Below are positions 60,701-64,000 of a stretch of 64,000 nucleotides of DNA, piece after piece. Source of the stretch: Ophelia neglecta. Its lineage: Eukaryota. Under the pieces are notes generated by a model. It was not told where the DNA came from, made no database searches, and saw only the letters and a program-made list of their open reading frames with translations. Numbering within the stretch: the stretch's first letter is position 1; each line of letters starts with the position of its first letter. The DNA is taken from assembly GCA_965285935.1 (NCBI GenBank), contig OZ260662.1, positions 48,918,001 through 48,982,000 of the forward strand, written 5' to 3'. Position numbers and translations under genes: made by a program.

Positions 60701-62486
60701 GTAGAGCACTCTCCAGTTGTACGTGGTGCTGGCTGTGGTAATGTGCTTCGGCCACTCCATGTACTACATCTACTCTCCTAACATGAAAATACAATCAAAA
60801 CCCCATTAAACTGTCACAGCAAGTGATGCCGTTTGCTAAGTCTGAATGGTACTTAGTATTACAATTAAATTACTGAATGCTGGAGGAACATTTTGGCATT
60901 TTTCGATCAGCAAGTTTCTCATCCTAAGGAAAGAACTGGTTAGGTTTATATATGGTTTGATTACCAAAGGAGCTGAACCTGGGTGTCTCTTATTACCCAT
61001 AATCCTTCTTTCATCATCATTTCCTGTCATATGTGTCGTCCCTGGTCAGAGGTGTTTGTATTTACGATGAAATCAGTGGGTCTGCTACTCCTGGTCGTGC
61101 ATATTGCAGATGAGACCCATCATAAACATGCACACTGACTGGAGTATGAAGGAGACCCACATGAGGCTCAAGTCTCACACAACTATTTGTATTGCGTCAA
61201 GGTATTATTTATTTGGACTCGGGTTTCCCCTTGTTCCATGCTGTCTTCCATCTTTTCATTCTTAGTAAGTTTTGTTGCTGTGTATGATGTTTTTAGTAAA
61301 GGACCTACCTGTCACACAAAGCTACAGTACAGTTCTGTTCTAGGATCTTGTACATATTAGTTACTACAAAATAACAGTAAAAATGTGCTCCTATTAAAGT
61401 ATTAGATTCGTTTTGAGAGAAAACACAAAGACATTGTCAAGGGGTTTGGAATTGCTGGTAAAACGTTTGATCTGCTAAGGCTTATTTGACAAATATTATG
61501 TTGTATTTTACCTGTAAGGGCAGATCCTGGATTCATTAAGCTAAAAAGAAAGTCAATTTATATAGAGTGTAAACATTGTAAATGGCAGGAGGTACATGCC
61601 ATGTTTGTTTGAAGGTGTGTAGTTTGGTATAGCGTGTGATATGTATTGGGTCAGCTGAAATAGTAAAGATAGATGTGGTGGCGGGGGAGCAGGATGCTAG
61701 GGTGTAATGATGTGTACAGAGCCAGTGTCGAGACCTCATCATCATCTATGTCCTCTCCCTTATTACCTATCACCAATCTCCTGAATTATCACCAGCCTCT
61801 GCTCCATCAGTCGCTTTCAGCTATTAGTCTGGGAGTCCACAACCTGTGAGACAGTAGTCTGATAGATGTGGAGTTTAGTAGAGTCAGCAGACACAGCTGA
61901 GCACACCGGCCCTCTCCTTGTAGATCTAATGGGGATGGTCACCTCATATGCCAGCCCCACATGTGTCCCAAGTGGACTTGGCTGTTTAGTGGCTGTTAAC
62001 TTGTAAAAACTAGTTGGTTTTATGTCTTTTGATAAGATTGATCCCATCTGATGCCTTGATTGCTTCTCTGTTTATCACCCCCTGTATAACAACTGTTATA
62101 CATGTTGGTTCCTTACCACACGTGTACAAGTCAGTCAAACCCCTTTATACCTTGGGATATGTTACTACTGCCCAGGCACTTCATCAAGGAAAAGTCTAAT
62201 AAAAGAGAATGAAGGTTGGCCATGTGAAGCATAAAACCCATTTGAAGTGGTATTTCTTTTTTTCAGATATGACTTGGTCGAAGAAAATGGGAGCGACCTA
62301 CAGACTTATGTGGATAAAGGAGACAGTCGCAATGCCCGCCTCCACACGCAGATGGTGGCCACTCGCCTCAATAGGCTCAGCCTTAACCAGACAGCCTTGG
62401 TGGAGAAGGAAACCACCCGTGACCTGCGACAGAAGATACGGAGAGCCATGCTCTGGACGCTCAAAGATCTGCCCATGAGAGATGAG
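3618..62486 (+). CDS. PKD1L1: Polycystin-1-like protein (PKD1L1-like), partial multi-exon gene: 14 exons, PKD domains + REJ module + start of GAIN-proximal helical region; 5' and 3' ends outside window
   Basis: Exons join through GT-AG introns with matching phases into 2747 nt of stop-free reading frame. Motifs: PKD-domain WNFG(R/D)(D/G) twice; REJ motifs CRPP, LPYGDF, LDGSESYDLD, YHWEC, ISCEQC, LPAG...IAILDALGAK; many N-x-S/T sequons. A low-complexity insert inside REJ and the TTGL..LAIKP..L..NRTY / LVYQG...YFQLPAG / C.IPVTVLP segments resemble vertebrate PKD1L1 as I recall it. Family is secure; exact orthology needs a phylogeny. Confidence 0.88.
4502..4750 (+). CDS. PKD1L1: Exon B (phase 2-2): end of PKD domain and next PKD domain, YTVTVKALNGLS...YYWNFGDG...HTYN
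   Basis: Acceptor ctctttctgctag|G, donor AG|gtaata; WNFGDG and YTVTV..A.N..S PKD signatures. Confidence 0.95.
5012..5150 (+). CDS. PKD1L1: Exon C (phase 2-0): end of PKD domain / start of REJ, TAEVYVSVVASNPVS...PCRPPDITILGP
   Basis: Acceptor tattatccag|G, donor CTG|gtaggt; ASNPVS and CRPP motifs. Confidence 0.93.
5419..5616 (+). CDS. PKD1L1: Exon D (phase 0-0): REJ, IKKSQPIKIEADVKINC...YSWSI...LYLPNNPLPYGDFFVELN
   Basis: Acceptor gtttctag|ATC, donor AAT|gtaatg; 198 nt open; LPYG motif. Not present in the ORF track. Confidence 0.92.
6029..6207 (+). CDS. PKD1L1: Exon E (phase 0-2): REJ, VVMNKT...LLAVISGG...ILDGSESYDLD
   Basis: Acceptor gtgttgctacag|GTT, donor AG|gtacag; L.A.I.GG and LDGS.SYD.D REJ signatures. 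Confidence 0.94.
6438..7004. repeat. Minisatellite, ~43-bp unit (ACTGATAGGAAGTCATATGATAGGTACACCAAACATACTGAAT), about 13 diverged copies
   Basis: Unit starts at 6448, 6491, 6532 and so on. Confidence 0.93.
7730..7907. mobile_element. Degenerate Tc1/mariner-superfamily (pogo/Tigger-like) MITE, 178 bp
   Basis: TA|CAGTAAAA ... TTTCACTG|TA: imperfect terminal inverted repeats with TA on both sides (7728-7729, 7908-7909); internal GTGACC/GACC..AGG subrepeats; no ORF. Confidence 0.6.
8189..8410 (+). CDS. PKD1L1: Exon F (phase 2-2): REJ, YHWECWE...PCF...FVLNLTVSKPNR...YPLL
   Basis: Acceptor ttttgttttccag|T, donor GA|gtaagt; YxWxC and LTVSK..R motifs. Confidence 0.94.
8966..9240 (+). CDS. PKD1L1: Exon G (phase 2-1): REJ, ISISCEQCNDGIVNSDEKLVL...FHWMLW..., running into the low-complexity insert
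   Basis: Acceptor ttttcatcttatag|C, donor T|gtaagc; ISCxxC..VN motif. Confidence 0.92.
9412..9654 (+). CDS. PKD1L1: Exon H (phase 1-1): Thr-rich then Gly/Ser/Pro-rich insert, TTGLTQISTTTTTSTTSTTPPSPG...SSGGRGSSGGRG...QPKE
   Basis: Acceptor aattatttcag|CC (in-frame alternative cacag at 9420), donor G|gttagc; 243 nt, GC-rich and open. Confidence 0.85.
9908..10108 (+). CDS. PKD1L1: Exon I (phase 1-1): Gly/Pro-rich insert, TSGMRQPGALGPGFPPMGEG...EGRGGGRGYGSGQN
   Basis: Acceptor tatttccttcag|AT, donor C|gtgagt; 201 nt, open, GC-rich. Confidence 0.87.
13012..13257 (+). CDS. PKD1L1: Exon J (phase 1-1): end of insert and return to REJ, GSNSSEPEEDGRG...TTTGLHQRVLAIKPSVLNQNRTYMIQVNVTHK
   Basis: Acceptor tttatttgaag|AT (AAG type), donor G|gtaggt; TTG....L.I.P..L....TY...V.V REJ motif. 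Confidence 0.9.
13654..13802 (+). CDS. PKD1L1: Exon K (phase 1-0): REJ, SKKHGTALSYILVNESPTLGACTLTP...TQFKIYCFDWKDE
   Basis: Acceptor ctttcatccacag|CC, donor GAG|gttggt; N..P..G.C...P and T.F...C..W.D motifs. Confidence 0.94.
18989..19118 (+). CDS. PKD1L1: Exon L (phase 0-1): REJ, ETPIRYEVSY...LVYQGLNHNIYFQLPAGNPEKSNK
   Basis: Acceptor ttttctaccatccag|GAA, donor T|gtaagt; P..Y...Y and Y.G......LP.G motifs. Confidence 0.93.
24230..24850. repeat. Minisatellite, 20-bp unit (CCCTTGTGGTAGGATCCTCT), about 30 copies, with a ~235-bp higher-order duplication
   Basis: Direct tandem copies; the rare CCTTGAGG variant followed by a shortened unit recurs at 24441 and 24676. Confidence 0.96.
28387..29013. 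mobile_element. Probable degenerate non-autonomous interspersed element (Helentron/HINE-like); boundaries approximate
   Basis: 11-bp inverted repeat GATTTGACCTT (28583-28593) / AAGGTCAAATC (28607-28617), a further TTGACCTT copy, GTTT-rich 5' part and a short AGCTG...CAGCT palindrome near the 3' end. This layout is common in invertebrate HINE-type repeats; the family call is inference. Confidence 0.4.
29279..29343 (-). mobile_element. Two orphan Tc1/mariner-like termini (TACAGGGTGTC on the minus strand)
   Basis: GACACCCTGTA at 29279-29289 and 29333-29343; no matching left end recognised. Confidence 0.3.
32902..33384. repeat. Minisatellite, 27-bp unit (GTCTGCCTATTTGTGTCTAGAGTATGT), about 18 copies
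   Basis: Direct tandem copies; explains the YLCLEYVSA-repeat ORF. Confidence 0.96.
39267..40058. repeat. Minisatellite, 36-bp unit (GGTGGTCTGTGGCTTGTCATTGCTTGGATGTGACCA), 22 copies, no indels
   Basis: 792 bp = 22 x 36; explains the ORFs at 39099-40134. Confidence 0.98.
42186..42620 (+). promoter_or_regulatory. Candidate internal core promoter and first exon
   Basis: GC-box-like GAGGCGGGC (42186), TATAAC (42232), Inr-like TCAGTG (A at 42260), Kozak CCACCATG (ATG 42571), donor CAG|GTAAGG (42614/42615). Confidence 0.45.
42461..42518. repeat. Short tandem repeat, CAGCTAACT(A/G) 10-12 bp unit, about 5 copies
   Basis: ctgcagctaactacagctaactacagctaactgcacagctaactgcacggctaactac; lies in the putative 5' UTR of the candidate nested first exon. 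Confidence 0.85.
50989..51171. mobile_element. MITE-like element, 183 bp, TA-flanked
   Basis: TA|CAAGGGTCCA ... TGGACCCTTG|TA: perfect 10-bp terminal inverted repeats plus TA on each side; no ORF. Confidence 0.6.
57333..57450 (+). CDS. PKD1L1: Exon M (phase 1-2): end of REJ, LNVYIAILDALGAKTELCSIPVTVLPKEVDTSNKTEEQI
   Basis: Acceptor tttctttttatttgcag|TA, donor TT|gtaagt; V...I.D.LGA continues the LP.G motif of exon L directly. Not present in the ORF track. Confidence 0.92.
58951..59484. repeat. Minisatellite, 38-bp unit (CTAGCTGTAGGTTCATTGCATGACCCTCTGTTCTCCTG), about 14 copies
   Basis: Direct tandem copies. Confidence 0.96.
62267..62486 (+). CDS. PKD1L1: Exon N (phase 2-0): helical region after REJ, YDLVEENGSDLQTYV...RQKIRRAMLWTLKDLPMRDE
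   Basis: Acceptor ttctttttttcag|A, donor GAG|gtgagc; R..IR..M...L helix typical of the polycystin-1 GAIN-proximal region. Confidence 0.9.
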
Positions 62487-62880
62487 GTGAGCAAGTAACA
62501 TACATAGAGGAAACTCAAACTGACAGTAATAAAAAACATTATAGAGAAGAACTAAGCCTCCTTACACAGATCATGGAGATTATATAGGCTAAAATACAGG
62601 CATTCAGCTTTGTATAGCACTGTATATATTGGTCTAATAGATATGCCTACATTATTATGAGCTATATCAGTGGACTCTACAGCCCCTCCATCAAGAGTGG
62701 CTGGCCCCGCCTAGCCTGGAATTGCAAATTGCTGAAAAGAAGAAATCCCTAGATTCCAATAAAAGAAATTCCATGACCTTGCAAATAAGATATTTTAGTT
62801 TATAGTTAGATATTTTTTCCTGTTTCACAATGACACTTACTCTTAAAAGTTAAAGCTATGAGTGGAAACATGGACTGTAA

Positions 62881-63225
62881 GGTACACCATTTGTGAACAT
62901 GACCAACTTAATTAATTTAATGCAAGTTTTCTAAACATAAGATTATTAGTAATGTTATTAAATAATTACAGAAATAAAAAATAATTAAAGTATACTGTAA
63001 AGAATATCTGGTTGCAAAGAAAATTTACTTAGGTGGCCAAGTTTCAAGTCAGATAATTTTTAAATAAATTTTCAGAATTAAAACTTGACCATGTAAGTAA
63101 ATCAGTATTTTGCAACAGAACTGTGTATGGAGTTAAAAGACAATTCTCGTGCAGTAGGGTGTGGTGGCAATTATTTTCCATTGTAGTTTTCAAGTTGTAA
63201 TCTTTTTAGATTATAAAGGTGTACC
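62881..63225. mobile_element. Possible degenerate non-autonomous DNA transposon (Kolobok-like ends)
   Basis: Inverted ends GGTACACC (62881) / GGTGTACC (63218) with TAA and ATTA flanks resembling a decayed TTAA site; AT-rich interior. Confidence 0.3.
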
Positions 63226-64000
63226 ATTATCAATGGACACTAGTTTCTTTATTATTTAGGTTTCGGAAAATGCAACAGGTAAAATTGGTTTGTTTTAGGC
63301 TAGTTTGTTTTATGGGACACAACTGCATAAAAAAGATCAAATAATACTTTCCACAATTGATGGATGCAAAAGTGATGTGAAAGTTAAGGTCTAGCAAAGT
63401 AACATCTACCTCTGACTGATGGCAACACCTGTAAACATCTGGAAAAATGTTATTAGCAATAACAGCCAGAATAAGGTAAAGTATTAGAGAAGGGTCTCAA
63501 GGGATGGGTGTGTAATGCACTGTATAGCCTGCCCTGCCCAGGCCAAGCATGTATTAATGGGTGAAACCTCATTTGTTCGTAAAACTACCTCAGCTATGCT
63601 ATAAAACCTGTTTTTTGCATATATTACACTTACTGTGTATATTACACTACATATCATCAATACTTTACCAATCATGCATGGAAGAATTTTCATTAAATTC
63701 AATGAATTTTTCTAATTGCTTATTCAGTTAACTGAAATTAATGTAAAAAAATCTGGCATATTCATGAACCATGAAATACCAAAATTTATGAAGGAAATTA
63801 ATCAATGATGAAGAGAAAAAGTTATAAAATGAGGAGCATAAATAAATTGTTTATTTATAAATATATTTGAAATCAGGGCATGTCAAATATTAACAGTATC
63901 TGCTGGGTGGTAACTCTTAAACTACATAATGTCCTTTTGTTACATGTAATAAGATTGAATCAGAATTTAATCCTAAAAAGTAAGACAGCATGTAGACTTA

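Noticed and set aside
63260-63278. 19-nt microexon candidate after exon N (VSENAT)
   Set aside because: Weak donor (gtaaaa), it changes phase, and it does not resemble the expected continuation; the next true exon is probably beyond the window.

Overview
AT-rich, CpG-depleted, intron-rich animal genomic DNA, probably an invertebrate bilaterian; the species cannot be fixed from sequence alone. The window lies inside one + strand gene, a polycystin-1 family member most like PKD1L1. I assembled 14 internal GT-AG exons (3618-62486, 2747 nt, about 916 codons) with consistent phases and no stops. They encode two PKD (Ig-like) domains, the REJ module interrupted by a ~190-aa Thr/Gly/Pro/Ser-rich insert, and the start of the helical region before the GAIN/GPS domain. 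Both gene ends are outside the window. Eleven exons sit within ~10 kb, then introns grow to 5.2 kb, 38.2 kb and 4.8 kb. The introns hold six unrelated minisatellites (20-43 bp units), which account for the longest ORFs in the track, plus a few non-autonomous DNA-transposon relics. The most interesting signal is in the distal half of the 38-kb intron. Three similar modules (poly-C tract, GC box, YAGTG initiator/acceptor, short exon, 5' splice donor) look like nested alternative promoters. They come with an abrupt cluster of sense AG|GTRAG donors and two ratchet-point-like (recursive splice) junctions. There are also CpG-retaining islands, paired RFX X-box-like sites and an antisense 17-nt microexon signature. 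These intronic calls are hypotheses from manual reading and need RNA data.
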